64,000 nt of DNA from contig MU053652.1 in the NCBI GenBank assembly GCA_013239625.1, positions 8,467,499-8,531,498 of the forward strand, in the 5' to 3' direction. The stretch's first letter is position 1; each line of letters opens with the position of its first letter. The position numbers and the translations under genes are program-made. The DNA is from Lama guanicoe (lineage: Eukaryota). Shown here one piece after another: positions 14,346 to 27,390 of the stretch. The notes beneath the pieces are model-generated. The model saw only the letters and a program-made list of their open reading frames with translations, did not search any database and was not told the origin of the DNA.

Positions 14346-14856
14346 TAGGAGGCTGAAAAATGGTGACCCAAAGATATCAGGTCTTAATCCTAGAATCTGC
14401 AAATTTTACCTGATAAGAAGAAAAGGATCCTTTCAGTGGCGGTTAGATCAAGGATCTTGATGTGAAGAGATTATCCTGGATTATCCATGTGCCCTCAGTC
14501 TAATTACAAATGTCTGTATCAGAAAAAGGCAGAGGGAGACTTGACACACATACCAGAGGAAGAGGCAGTGCAACCATCCAGGCAGAAGCTGGACCGAGGT
14601 TGCGGCGGGGGTGGGGGAGGATGGGGGGGTGGGTTGTGGAAAGGCCAGTAGTCCCCAGAACCTGGAAGAGGCAAGGAAGAGATTCCCCCTAGAGCCTCTG
14701 GAGGGAGCACAGCCCTGCGGACACTTTGATTTTAGATCAGTGACACTCCTTTCAGACTCCTCTGGTCTCTCTCAGAACTGTGAGAATACACTTTTACTGT
14801 CTGAAGCCACTAAATTTGTGGGGTAATTTGTGAAGCTGTCTCAAGAAGCTAATACA
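14346..14856 (+). mobile_element. MLT1C/D-like MaLR solo LTR
   Basis: ggctgaaaaatgg...caaagatatcaggtcttaatcc; gattatcctggattatcc; gaggcaaggaagagattccccctagagcctctggagggagcacagccctg; ends ggtaatttg...ctaataca. Confidence 0.88.
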
Positions 14857-15084
14857 GAAAGAAATGACTGCTGCTTCATTTTTGCCTTCCAAACCCTGCA
14901 GAAGCTCCTCTTTTGTCTGGCTCTAACCAAAAACACGAGGAAAAGGGATTCTAGGAAGAGAAGTTCCAACTTGGCCAAGTTGATGTGGTTGGTAAACCAA
15001 GACGTTAGCCTCCTACTGAGCCAAAAAGGAGGCTGTGTTGTGAGCATTACAGTGAGAAATTAATAAGCGAGGAAAAGGTTACTT

Positions 15085-15290
15085 TTATGATTTATTTATT
15101 GTGTGCCAGGCAATGTTCTAACAATATGTTAATTCACTTAATCCCCACTATAAGGTGGGCATGATTTTAACCCACATTTTACAATTTGGGCAACTGAGAC
15201 TAAAGATCATACAATTAGTTCATGGTGGAGCCAGGATTTGAAATCAGGGAGACTGATTCTGTCTCACATTTTATTAACATCACACTACAT
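15085..15290 (-). mobile_element. MIR SINE
   Basis: tgtgccaggcaatgttcta ... cccacattttaca...aactgagact ... gtggagccaggatttgaa. Confidence 0.75.
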
Positions 15291-15321
15291 AGTAAAGAGA
15301 CTCTCTCATTCTCTGGGCAGC

Positions 15322-15815
15322 CTATTTATCTATTGCTATAAAACAAATTACAACAAAATTTAGCTGCTTAAAACAACTATCATTTTCAATCGTAGCTGAT
15401 GATTTCCTGAATTAGAAGTCCGAGGGGGCTCAGCTGGTCAGTTCTCTCAATTTGTGGTTTTTCAGCTGACAAATGAGCTGATCTGGGGAGTCCAAGGTGG
15501 CTTCACTTACATGTCTGGCACTTTGTCATGGGTGGTAGGAAGCTGAACTCAGCTGGAGCAGTTGACTGAGAGGTCCTACATGTGGCCATTAGAGCTGACA
15601 GGTTTGGGTAGTCAAATCACTTTAAGGAAAACTCAAAGTGTATTCCAAAAGAACCTAGTAGAAGCTTCAAGGATTTTTATGATCTAATCTTAGAAATCTC
15701 CTCTGCTACATTCTCTTGGTCAAACAAATTGAAAAGGCCAGCCCAATTCAAGGGGAAGGGATTTCGACTCTACTTCTCAATACAAGAGTAGCTAAGAATT
15801 AAAACCATTCTCCAT
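15322..15815 (-). mobile_element. MLT1F/H-like LTR
   Basis: tatctattgctataaaacaaattac...aatttagctgcttaaaacaac; tccaaggtggcttcacttacatgtctggca; ggccagcccaattcaaggggaaggg. Confidence 0.75.
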
Positions 15816-16324
15816 CCACTTTTATTCTAATCTACAGACATTTACTTACCTAAAGTGAAGGACTGGTCCCTTGAACTTTCTAGCTCATAATTATCTTCGC
15901 GTATGTCAGAATAGAACTGCTTTTAATGACCCTTAAATATGAATCAGCTGGACAACAAGTTAGGGAAACTAGTTTACAGTCCTGATTTAACAAGTAAGTA
16001 ATTTTGATCAAATCATTTAAATATCTAAATCTCAATTTTTTTCCACCTATAAAATAAGAACAATGGACTATTTTACCGAGCCTTTTTTCCTGAAATCTTG
16101 AGATTATTGCCAGTGGAGATGTGGATGCTGAAGTCTGGGAGCAGAATGTGGAGAGGGCAATATTCCCCTTCCTGCTCATCTGAACAGAAAGCTGGCTGTG
16201 TGTCACCTGGGCCATACCAGCATCTGTCTGGTAGGTGCCTGGGTTTGAAATGTCACTAATTTTGTTTTGGCTTTAAAATGATCATCTGTTATCTGATACT
16301 TTTGACCACTTCAATCTGCATGGC

Positions 16325-16740
16325 TTTAGGGATAACCTTAAAATATGAGTGGATTAACACAATAAAAGTTTATTTCTTTCTCACATGAGGTCCAATCAGT
16401 GGGAGCAGGAGGCTGCAGTGGGTGGGGGGTGGGGGGGACGGAGTTTGCTCCATGAAGTTATTCTGGGACATAGGCTTTTTACAGACTGAAGTCCCACCAT
16501 CTGTTAAGAACTCATCAACCTCAACTGAGTTCTCCGAACCCAGTTGGCTGACAGAGAAAAAGAGAGAAAACAGGAGAAATCATACAATTCCGTCTTCTGC
16601 ACTAGCCCGAAAATGGCGTGTAACACTTCTGTCTTGCATCAGCTAGAACTCAGCTATTGCTACACTTAAGAATGGGAAATAAGGTTTATCTGTGAGGCCA
16701 GAAGAGAAAGGAAATAGATTATGTTGAATACACAGTTGTC
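16325..16740 (-). mobile_element. MLT1J/K-like LTR fragment
   Basis: agtggattaacacaataaaagtttatttctttctcacat ... cagactgaag...ccatct. Confidence 0.55.
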
Positions 16741-18391
16741 CGACATACTGTCTCCTCTTTAAATCAGGGAAACCTCTTGGTGTTGTGCAAATCTGGATGA
16801 ATTCATCCAGTTGTATTTTAGAAAGAAAAGAGAAAAAAAATTTTTTTTTAAGTTTTCCACCTAAGGGATACCTAATATCGAGTGCTAAATGGACAAATGA
16901 AATTCTTACTTTTTGATAGCTAAGCAGTATGAAAGAAAAAGAGCTGTTTTGTGTGAATGCAGAAGTTTGAATTACAACTAGAAATGTTCAGAAGATGTAT
17001 TATAAGTGTTGAAAATGCTTCAGAGCATGAAAAAGTTTCTGTGAATGGTATATTTATGCCAAAAAAAATTATCAACCCTTTTTTGATGACCCAGGGCATG
17101 AGAGAGTTCCTGTAGGGAAGCTCCGATACCGTCTGCCCACACTGCACTCAGTTTTCATAGGTAGCACTCTTAAGCTGCCACTTCTCTAAGCAGAACATTT
17201 ATATACTGTTTCATCAGAAATGCATCCTTGTGTGCTCACAGTTTCCAAACAAGACCTCAAAGTTTTGGAAAGATTGCTCTGTAATCAGAAACCATTGAAA
17301 TTAAACAAATCTGTATTTGCTTGTAAAATAACCCATTCTCCTTTCATCTTGTTCTTTAACGATGCTTATTATTTTCAGGTCCAAGGTTAAATGTCCATTC
17401 AGGCTTAACCAGTCTGCCCCCGATGTTCATTTCAGGCTTGTACGTCAATGAAGCCATGATGTCACCCTTGGAATCACAGATTGGTAAACTGAAGTTACTT
17501 TTCAAAATTACCTAATGCCCAGTTCAGAAGCAAAAATACGAGAAGATACAATAAGTAGCAAGGACTTCAAGTCTCTAAGTAGTTCGCTATCTTCTTATCT
17601 ACTTTCAGGGCAAGAGACTGACAAAGGAACAGAGTGAATCTCTACTACATACTAGACTACACCTGACACCCCAGCACCCAACATTATTTCTGATCATCGC
17701 AATCTCCTATTTATTGATGAGCAACAGAATCAAAGAAGAGCATTTTCTACTGTGAGAGGGGTACTCCTGATGATTCTAAGTTTCATGCAGCGTTCTATAA
17801 AATTTAATCACATAAAGGTAAAGATTTTCCCTTTCCAAATCTCTTTCTAATTATGCCAAAGAGAAAGTCTCAAGTTCTTGCTTGCGTGTCTTAAACATAC
17901 GTCGCAATCTAAGTGAATCTCTTTTAATAAACAGAGATCAGGTCTTGGGCCCAGGGCCTTTGGTAAGCGATAATTTTTTGCTATACATTTTTTTTAGTGT
18001 CTTAGTGCATTTATTTTTATAAATGCTCTCTACTTACTCCAAAGCATATCAATTTCCATTTTCATCAGTTATAAAAAAAATCCATTTAAAAAAACTGTGA
18101 AACAAATAGTAATAAAAGTAGACATGGATGTGGCATCAAGTATTATGAAGGTGGTGCAAGAATGAATGACCTTTGGGAAACAGTGTATGGGGAGATGATG
18201 CAAGATACATTCCCCACATCCACCATTGTCATTGCCATGAATAACATGCAAGAAGAGGAGTGCCATCAGAGGTCGTTTTCTTTGTACTAAAGCTCTTGTA
18301 TTTATACTTTGTATTGTTCTTCATAGGGGACATTCCATGATAAAGAATAGTTATTTACACATGTAAAAATCCGATTGAATTAGCTATGCTA

Positions 18392-18770
18392 TACATTCAG
18401 CTGCTCTTAACTGGTCACCATATTAAAAATGGCTCAGATAACATAGAAGTTTATTTCTTTCTCCTCTAACGGTCATATGGCAAATAGTCCAGGAGATTCC
18501 CATGTTTCTTGTGGCTGCGCTTGAATCCCTGGAGCAGTTGCTGGTTCAAAGATGCCTCACCACCCTGTCTATATCCCCTGCAGCAGGACGAGGGAAGAGA
18601 CATAAGAGGGAAAGCTCCTTTTCTTTAAGTGCTATATCTTTGTAAGGACTAATTCATAATGGCCACATTTAAATACAAAGGAGATTGGCTGGTTGGCTAG
18701 ATGGTCCATTGAAAATTCCATTCACATAGAAGAAGAAGAGAATGGATGTTGATGGACAAACAGCAGCCTG
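18392..18770 (-). mobile_element. MLT1J-like LTR fragment
   Basis: aatggctcagataacatagaagtttatttctttctc ... agaagaagagaatggatgttgatggacaaacagc. Confidence 0.6.
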
Positions 18771-19544
18771 TTTCAAGATCCGAGGGGTTTCTTAGAACAG
18801 AAAAAGATGAAATTACATTTAGTTTTATTTTTATCACTGCAGCATTTTATAGTATCTTACTGTTCTGCTCCAAACCAAATTACATACGAACCCCTTGGTC
18901 TAAAGTTCAAGACACTTCACAGTTGTCTACAATATAAAAGTATGGCATTAAACTGCAAAAATTGTTCGAAATGGCAATATGTTAGAGCTGCTTCTTTAAA
19001 AAAAAACTGTACGATGTGACTGACTTTATCTAGTTGAATCTGATAGTTAAAGAAGACAGGAATGTGAACTTTTAAGAGCATGTATATAGGGTTTATTTCT
19101 TAAAGATATTAACTGACACTAAAGCCTAGAAAGGTATTTTTATATTTTTGGTTCTGCTGAACGACCAGCAGGTCACAGAAGGTAAGCTTCAGACTCCCAC
19201 AGGAGAGGTTGACACTGACAAATGAAAATGAGGTTAAACAGGATCGTTATAAAAATCCCTTTGGTAAAACTTCAGAAAAACAGAAGTTAAAGCCAGATGC
19301 TTCTGTTACCCAGCTCATCCAATTTAAGTCTACACAAGAATCCAAAAAGCTTAACTCTGAGACTTCATAGCAAATGTTCCGGGTCTGGGAAGCAGCAGGA
19401 GGCGGGGTTAGCATTTGCCAACACTGGGACGTTTTGTATGAGGCCCCCAAATCATATAACTTAAGTTATGGGGAGTCCCTGAAATCTGTTCTCGTTATAA
19501 AGATTAAAGAACATTCATCATCATGATAGCATCATTTTGAAAAT

Positions 19545-19776
19545 AAATCCTAAGAGAGCTCATCACAAAGAGAAATTCTTTTTTTTTTTTTTGCTTGTTT
19601 TCTTTCCTTTCTTTTTATTATATCTATATGAAAGATGGAGGTTAGCTGAACCAATGTGGTAATCATTTCTCGGTGTACATAAATCAAGCCATCATGTTGT
19701 ATACCTTAAACTTATACAGTGAGATATATATATATCTATATATATATATTATTTCTCAATACAACTGGAAAAAAAG
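19545..19776 (+). mobile_element. L1 3' terminal fragment (L1MA-type)
   Basis: ctcatcacaaagagaa ... tgtggtaatcatttc ... atcatgttgtataccttaaacttatacagtg ... ctcaatacaactggaaaaaa. Confidence 0.85.
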
Positions 19777-20754
19777 CATTCACTTATACATTAGGACAAA
19801 ACATGTTCTCATTCAAACCTATATGACCTAATACTATTTATCTTTCAGATCTTAGAATAGTTTCAAAATGTAAAGAATTGTGTCTATCCATACTTAAATA
19901 TTAATTCTACACTGAACACGAGGAAATTAGCTTAACTGGTACTAGGCATATAACTAAACAAAATCTCAAGAGTAAGCAAAGGCTCTGTCTTCACTTCCAG
20001 CCTAGCTGTTCTGCAACTTTCTCTTCTTGCTGGTCTCTTCTCCCAGCCTTTCAAGCTCCTGGTCTCCTTATATTCTCATACCCTATCCCCTGTCCCAGCC
20101 TCTGACACCTGCTCCATTCTAGTTCTGCTCTCAGAGAAGGATCTTGTAAATAATGGCAATATTACGTGACATTTAATGTCCAACTTCGGAGAGAAGAGAC
20201 CAGCCATGGACAGGGGGGCTAGATATTACTTTGTGCTTTCATCCCTACTCTCTTCCATCAGCAGTACCCTGGTTTCCCATGAGAAAATTCACTTCCCAAT
20301 CATTCTTGGCCATGTAGTTTGGGTTTGATCTCACATTAGAGCAAACAAAGTTCATCAATGGCCTATGCTAATAGAATCCACTGAGATGGCCTGATATTAT
20401 TGTGTAATGGCTTTTTAAAGACTCAGTTACGGTGTCAGCTAGGTGACAAAACATTGAGGGCATGGCTCTAAGCCAACTTACAATCTCCACCTGAGATGTT
20501 GCTGGCTGTTTGAAATGGAATCTTTCTCATGAAGTTTAAAGTTCTACCATTTTCCCCACTATGTTGAGAACTCTTTGAAAACAGAGACTATGACCTGCTC
20601 ATTCCTTTATCTGTAATGCTCAGAACAGTTCCCAGCGAATATCAGTAAGTTTTTATGGAATGAGTCTGAGCATGAAAGAACTAGGGCCTAGACAAAGAAT
20701 GTGGGACTAAAATGCAAAGAAATTGATGGGTTACACCACTAGAAAATACACAAA

Positions 20755-20836
20755 GATTTTTATATGTCTTGTTCACTGATAAATCCTCAGTGCCTGACAC
20801 TTGGTAGGTGCTCAATAAAACTTGTTGAATGAATAA
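20755..20836 (+). mobile_element. L2 3' end fragment
   Basis: tgtcttgttcactgataaatcctcagtgcctgacacttggtaggtgctcaataaaacttgttgaatgaat. Confidence 0.75.
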
Positions 20837-23279
20837 TTGAACTTTTAAAAATTATTAAATTTAAGTTAAATGTCTGCTCCTATTTTTTTAAAAAAAAGAA
20901 ATTGATGAGTTAAATTATGTAAGAGTTGTGAAGGGGGCACAAAACTGAATAAAATCCTGAAGTTTTAGGATTGGAGAACAAGCAGGCAACATGGGAACCA
21001 TGGACAACGAGACTGAGAGTTCTTGAGCATTTTTCTTCCACTTCATTATTCCCACTTTCAATCTAAAACTTCAGTATAATCCTGACATGGTTTGTGTTTA
21101 TTTGTTTATCGTTTTCATCTTGTTTAAGAATTCCGAGAGCAAGAGGAGTACCCTTCAAACTTCTACATTAATGCTGCTTTCATTGAATAACTTTCAATTA
21201 ATTGGCATCTGAGCCCCAGACCTATGGGTATCTTCCTGAAAAAAAATTAAAATTTTAAAGAAACGCTCAGTAAGCATGCTCAGTGAAAGATGCCCAAGTG
21301 TTGACTATCAAGAGTTTGTGTTTTCACACAAACTAGGCTTCTGCTTTTGCAGTTTTCCTCTTTTACTCTTAGGAGAGAACAGATACAAACATAACCAGGC
21401 ATTAAAAACTAGAATATTTCTAATAAAATGAAAATTGCTTTGTTTCTATTATTGATGATCACTCTCCTTTTGATGGTACTGAATAGCAACTTAAATGCAT
21501 TTTTATACTAATTTTTGCTAAGCTTTCTGAGGTTATAAGGAAAAGACAAATCAAATTACATAATATTAGGTTATTATGAAGATTCCCTAGAAAGTAAAGA
21601 AGCATGAGAACCCATCACAGCAGCAACACTCATTCAGAAGAGCACCATCGCATCGAGGTTCATGAAGAACCAGAACAAAGGCCCGTGTTCACCCAGGGTA
21701 TTTCAACCTGAGGCCTAGGAACCCACCTCCTATTGGGGCAGCCTCACATTAATGAGATCATCCATCATGGAGCATCCCGCCCGGGCTGAATTTTACAGCA
21801 AGCTATCTCAGGAGCAGATACCCCACGTCCATACCATATAAATTGACTTTACACAGGGCACCTATCCGCGGCTGGACCCCCTGGTGCTGTATCTATTTCA
21901 TTCTCTGCACCTGGCATAAACCATGGTGACTGAGAAGTTCACTTCCTTCGAAAGGGTCTGAAAGCTGTGCTCATCCACGTTTCCTCTCTGATGTCATTGC
22001 TTCTGGAGGTAGGTGCTGTCTAAATAGCAAAACACTGGTTCCCAAACGTGAATATGCAAGATTAACCTGTGATGCTTATTTAAAGTATAGGTGTCAGTCC
22101 AGATGTTCGGATTGAATAGATCAAGGGGGAGACTGGTACCTCCATTTTTACAAAGCACCTTCAGTGTTTCTGATGAAGATAACAGAGATCACACTTTGAG
22201 GAAATCCATATAGAGAAAATCCAGAAACTTATGTTTCCTCAGTGTGCTTGGCTTTGTCCAGAGCCGCTTGAAATTATTCAGTGTTTAATCTGGCCAAATA
22301 ATCTTGCAATAAGTTTCTTTAAATTCTGAACATTTCAGAATAGGGCCAAGATATCTATAGAATGAGAAGATAGCTCCTGAGAGAAAAAAATAAAAAGGCA
22401 GTTTGAGATGTTACCTATCACATCAAAAATTAGAAAAAAGTGCTGTATCAGAAGTGAATCTGTGCAAAGTGGCTGTAATTCCCCATCATGCCTTCTACGC
22501 TGTTAGATGCTGTCAGAATGGGGGCCATTAGAAGACTCCACCCAGCTGGACTTGGAAACTTGATGAGATTGTAGCCCCGTGGCTGATGGTAGCAGAGAAA
22601 ATAATGCAAAGCACAACTAGATGATAACTGGAAATGAGGCTGCATATTGGAGGGGAGCACACCGTTATCTTCAACTAACTAAAGAGAAATTATGTTCATT
22701 TAACTAAGCTTGTCTAAGCTTTCAGTATTAGTTTGTGTGAGATTTTAGGAAAAAAATCTGTCAAACAAGAACAGATCATTTCTTTCACGGAGAACTTAAC
22801 ATTAATCATTTATCATCTTCTATTGATGGTTAGATATTTTCATTACCAAGCTTTCCTTTAAATACTGTTTAACTGATTACGTCTGTTTAATTGGTGAGTG
22901 TTTATAAAACATGACTGGGAGATTTTGCTTCTAGGTAGCAATGTAAAACTTAATGAATCATCTGTTAAGAAACCAATAGATGTGAACTCTCCTCTGCATG
23001 TAACTCGCCCAAAAAGATTAAATGGGTAATACTTCTGAAATATTATGGAAGATTTAATTAAAACTACATGATTCAGCACATAAGATTTAGAGAAGCAATG
23101 TCTGTCAGCAAGCATGGAAAGACGGGCTCTGGAGAACAGATCAGAAAGGCTAAGCTTGAAAGAAGCTGGGGTAAATTAAGAACTGAGTCGGTACAAGGGA
23201 CCCCATAATGGAGCGGGTAAGAGCGTAAATCTTTTTCTTTTTCTCTCTCTCTTTTTTTTTTTTTTCTTGCCTGGGTTTA

Positions 23280-23430
23280 TAATCCCGACTCTTCCCTATC
23301 TGCAAAGCAGGGATAATAACAGTATCTGTTTCACAGGACTGCTGCAAATAGTCAATGAGTCAACATAAGGTAAAGGACTTAGGACAGTGCCTGACGCATA
23401 GTAAGTTTCAAGTAGCTCTTGGCTCTTACT
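23280..23430 (+). mobile_element. MIR SINE
   Basis: tatctgcaaagcagggataataacagtatct ... ggacttaggacagtgcctgacgcatagtaag. Confidence 0.75.
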
Positions 23431-24281
23431 ATTAACAGGAGAGCCGTGCAGGTCTAAGACAGAAGGGTTTAAATAATAAAACCTTCCCCTAGGTAAGCCA
23501 AATCCCTTCTTCTCTTTCAATTTAAACTCATATTCTCTTATTCTGTCACTTATGGCAATGGGGACTAGCCGAACACTCTTCTCTGCGTGATGACCCTTCA
23601 CACTCCGAACGATTTCATGTAATCGGAAGCATTTGTGGATGTAGAGCTCTTCAGGGAAAAGCGTGTCCCAATCTAATTTCACAAAGTCGTGTCAGGAAGG
23701 AAACAATCAATGAGGTTACTCCAAAGCAAAGCACTCTGGGGAAAGTCTTTTAATCCATCTTTAGGCCAGCAAAGCATGGAGAAAGAATTGCTGATGTGCA
23801 AAAGATGTGTATGCAAGATGTTCTTACATCTTTATTTCTTACTACACATTGAGCTAAAATTAAAGGTAAAGGAAAGGTCTAATTTATTAAATCTGGATAA
23901 TTTAGTGTTTGCTTTCATATTAGGATATCAGAGTACTTATTCTGAATCTTGGGTTTTATAATGCTTGATTTTAGCACATACTAATCTTGGTTTTAGTCTC
24001 CTATTTTAAGTAACAACTTGAAGGCAGAGGACACCACTTACACAAATTAAGATTCTCACCAACCCAGCAAATCTTCTACCTATTACAAGGGTTCATTAAG
24101 CATTAGTGCTCATTGAGTCCATAATGGTCAGATTAGAAATTCAGAAACCAACTTAATAGTTTCTGAGCTGTTTATTGAAAATGGTAACTGGTGAACAACA
24201 TACAGAAATATAAATGTCCCATAAATATGTTTCTTCAAACAGTACAGACAGACAGTAAATAAAATGTAAACCACATTTTCT

Positions 24282-24955
24282 TTAATGAGCACTGAGAGTT
24301 CTCATGGGCCAGCTGGGGAGCTCTGTGGGTGAAGCTACTTGGTGCTGGAGGGCGGAGTTCTTGTGGGAGGTCCATGATATGGTTAGCAGGACCCGAGTTT
24401 CTTTATTGGCCTCTGCGAGTCCTACCTGCCACTCTCTGGGCCCCTCCCCTCCCTCCAGTACGCACGCTCCTGACTGGGTGCTCCATATGGGGCAAGAAAG
24501 ACCTGTGATTCTTTGGCAACACCTCACACAGGAGGAAAGCTTGGTCCTCACTGGTGCCCTCACTTCCCCCCAGGGAGAAATCACAGGCCAGTAAGTTCCT
24601 GCTTGGCATTAAGGGTTGGGGAGGAGGGCAGGTGACACAGGTAAAGCTCCTCTCACCCTCTATAATGCATCCAGGCTTGTATTTTTTATTTGCTCCAATA
24701 GTGAGCTGAACTTCTCCACTGAAAACCTGGGAAACAAAAGCTCTCTCACCCATAGGTGATTGTCTAAAACATTGCTCTCCAGAGACTCCCAGACTGAACC
24801 CAGGAGAGGCCAGAGCCAGGTCACAAGCCACTGCAGAGTCCTCAGACAAAGGCACTTTTGCCCGTGGATGGATGCCAAGTTGTTGTTGAGGGTGTGGGAT
24901 ATGACAAGGGACATCTTATTCAGCCGTGCTGCTGGCATCACCCCGAACATCAGCT
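24282..24955 (-). mobile_element. Probable ancient L1 5' UTR fragment (GC-rich)
   Basis: Minus strand begins gatgccagcagcacggctgaataagatgtccc...caacaacaacttgg...aaaagtgcctttgt, similar to old L1M 5'-end consensus as recalled; GC-rich block in AT-rich flanks. Confidence 0.45.
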
Positions 24956-26289
24956 TAACGCCTACAGATTCCTCCTTAAGTGAGCAATGTACTTTGTTCC
25001 CTGTGTTATATCATCACCTGCCTCCAAGGAATCAATAACACCCGCAGGCCTTCCCAGAATTTTCATTCTTAATGAGTTCTGAAGTTGTTCCATTAAACGG
25101 TTCAAATCCCTATAAGAAATAAATCAGAGCCACTGACACCACAGACTCAGAGTTCTTCCTTTAAAGTAGGATCAGGATATGTTTTACACATTAAACATTA
25201 ATATGTGTAATTCTTCTGCTGTTTCCCACACCACAGAATTGAAATATATACAACAAAAGTGAATCAGAATGTTTTAGGGTTATTTTTCCCTAAGTCAGGA
25301 ATTTTTTTTTTTTTAATTTTTATCATTCACATCATCTCTCCCACACGTACCTAGGAAATGGGAAAGAAGTTTTAAATTACTGGAGTTGATGTGATATAAA
25401 GCTAAAAATTAGAATCCAATAACTACAAACCATTTGAATTATGACTTTGCAATAATCTTCCAGTAATTATGTGAGCTTAATTACTGGAGTTTGAATTCTT
25501 TCAACTATAAGCTTATTCTATTTTTTCATAATCTATAAAATTGTGCTTTGTTTTTATTCATATTTGTTTCATCTTCTATGTTTAAAGTTTAGGTAGTTGC
25601 TTACTGAATTGTCATCTCCAGGTGAGGCTGGTGAAGAACTGCCAATAACATCCAAACCATGGAGGATATATAAGTGCCCCCAATACTCCTTACTTGCATG
25701 AACTTTCCACTCTTTTAAAATTAAAGTATTTCATGTCCATAAATCTTCTATTAAAATTCAAATGTGATACTTGGAATAAACAATGTTTTAAGTCATTATC
25801 ACTCACTCACTAAGACATCTTTTAATCAGATTAGCAAATAGACATAGTTCATTGAATCTTAAGTAGATAAGTTTTATAAGTAATTCAATTCATCTGTCCA
25901 TGGATTTATTATTTTTAGTGCTATTTACTAAAAAAAAAAACACTATATTTTAGCTTTTGACCAAATTAGAGCAAGTTAACATACAATTTCTGATAGGTTA
26001 ATGAACACTTCAGTGATAGTCATTTTTTTAAATAAAATAGGAGATTGAGATGAGAAGGTAGAGAAATTAGCTTAAACCTCAATGGTACTTACAAAATAAG
26101 TGTAACAGGAACTTAAAAAATTGATAGGTTCAAGGATCAAACACTAAAACCTAAAATGGAAATTGAATAAAATCTTTTCAACTGTTACAAATTACTCAGG
26201 TAAAGAACAACTCTGTAAAAAGGAAACAACTCACGCATGCACACAGAAAAACATGACCAACAAATGTCAAAAGCCTTCCACTAAATATT

Positions 26290-26885
26290 TAAAAATAAAA
26301 TGTACATTAAAATAGTAATGTGGTATCAGAGATATTTACCTCTCAATTTGTCATATTTTAAAAATTGATAACAACAACTGTGTTGAGGAAAAAAACAGGT
26401 AATCCCTTATATTGTTGGAGGCAATGTTGATCGATGTAGCCATCTTGGCAATTGGATGATATGTACACAAACTTTCTGGCAATTAAAAAATACATACCAA
26501 GTATCTTGAAATATGTTTATCAAGTCAAAAATACCTCTCCTAAAAGGTTGTTCTGAGGAAATAATTAATGGTATCTGCAAAAATTTTGCTGTATTATTAA
26601 AGGCTGCAAATGTCCAATACTCCGGATGTTATTAGTAACTGTGTTTCATAAATTATTGGAGACTTTTAAAATGACGTTCTTGAAACATGTTTGTTGACAT
26701 GTAAAGTTATTTAAAATTATTGCTAATGTAAAAACCCATTTTTGAAAAGACTATAAATATCTATGCATATATAAATGTAAATAGATGTAATTTGGGAAAT
26801 ATATATCCCTATGTGGTGGGAATTTGTGTGGTATCTTTTTTTTTTCAACTTTGGTTCATCTATATTTATAATTTTGTGCAGTGAA
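26290..26885 (+). mobile_element. Degenerate L1ME-type 3' region
   Basis: aaaattgataacaacaactgtgttgagg ... attgttggaggcaatg ... cttggcaat; heavily decayed. Confidence 0.55.
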
Positions 26886-27260
26886 CGTATACTTAAATTT
26901 TTTTAAAGTAACCTAATAATTATTATACACAGATGGAACATGCCTTAACTATACTGTCCAAAAAAACCAAAACCTCCTTAAGCTGTGATCCTTTTTAGAG
27001 AAAGAAAATTAGAAAATGTATTTATAAATTTCTGAGCCACACACTCAGCACAAAGTCCTCATCTTTGGCAACTTCTCTCCTTCACCACAGCAGTAGAGCC
27101 CCACAGAGGTATTTGTAACAACTAAAGCTAGGACCAAGGGCAGATATTTGTGCAAACAAGGCCACTCAGGGTGTCTTCCCTTTCTAGAACTGGAATTCCG
27201 ACTGACCCCAGAGCTGTGGGGTGTTATGATAGAAAGGTAAAGGGGAAAATAGGTTTACTG

Positions 27261-27358
<98 letters not shown>

Positions 27359-27390
27359 GAAGGAAGGAAGAAAGAAAGGGAAAGAAAGAA
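27261..27390. repeat. (GAAA)n tetranucleotide microsatellite with a GGAA-containing tail
   Basis: About 24 perfect AGAA units followed by imperfect GGAA/GAAA units. Confidence 0.97.
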
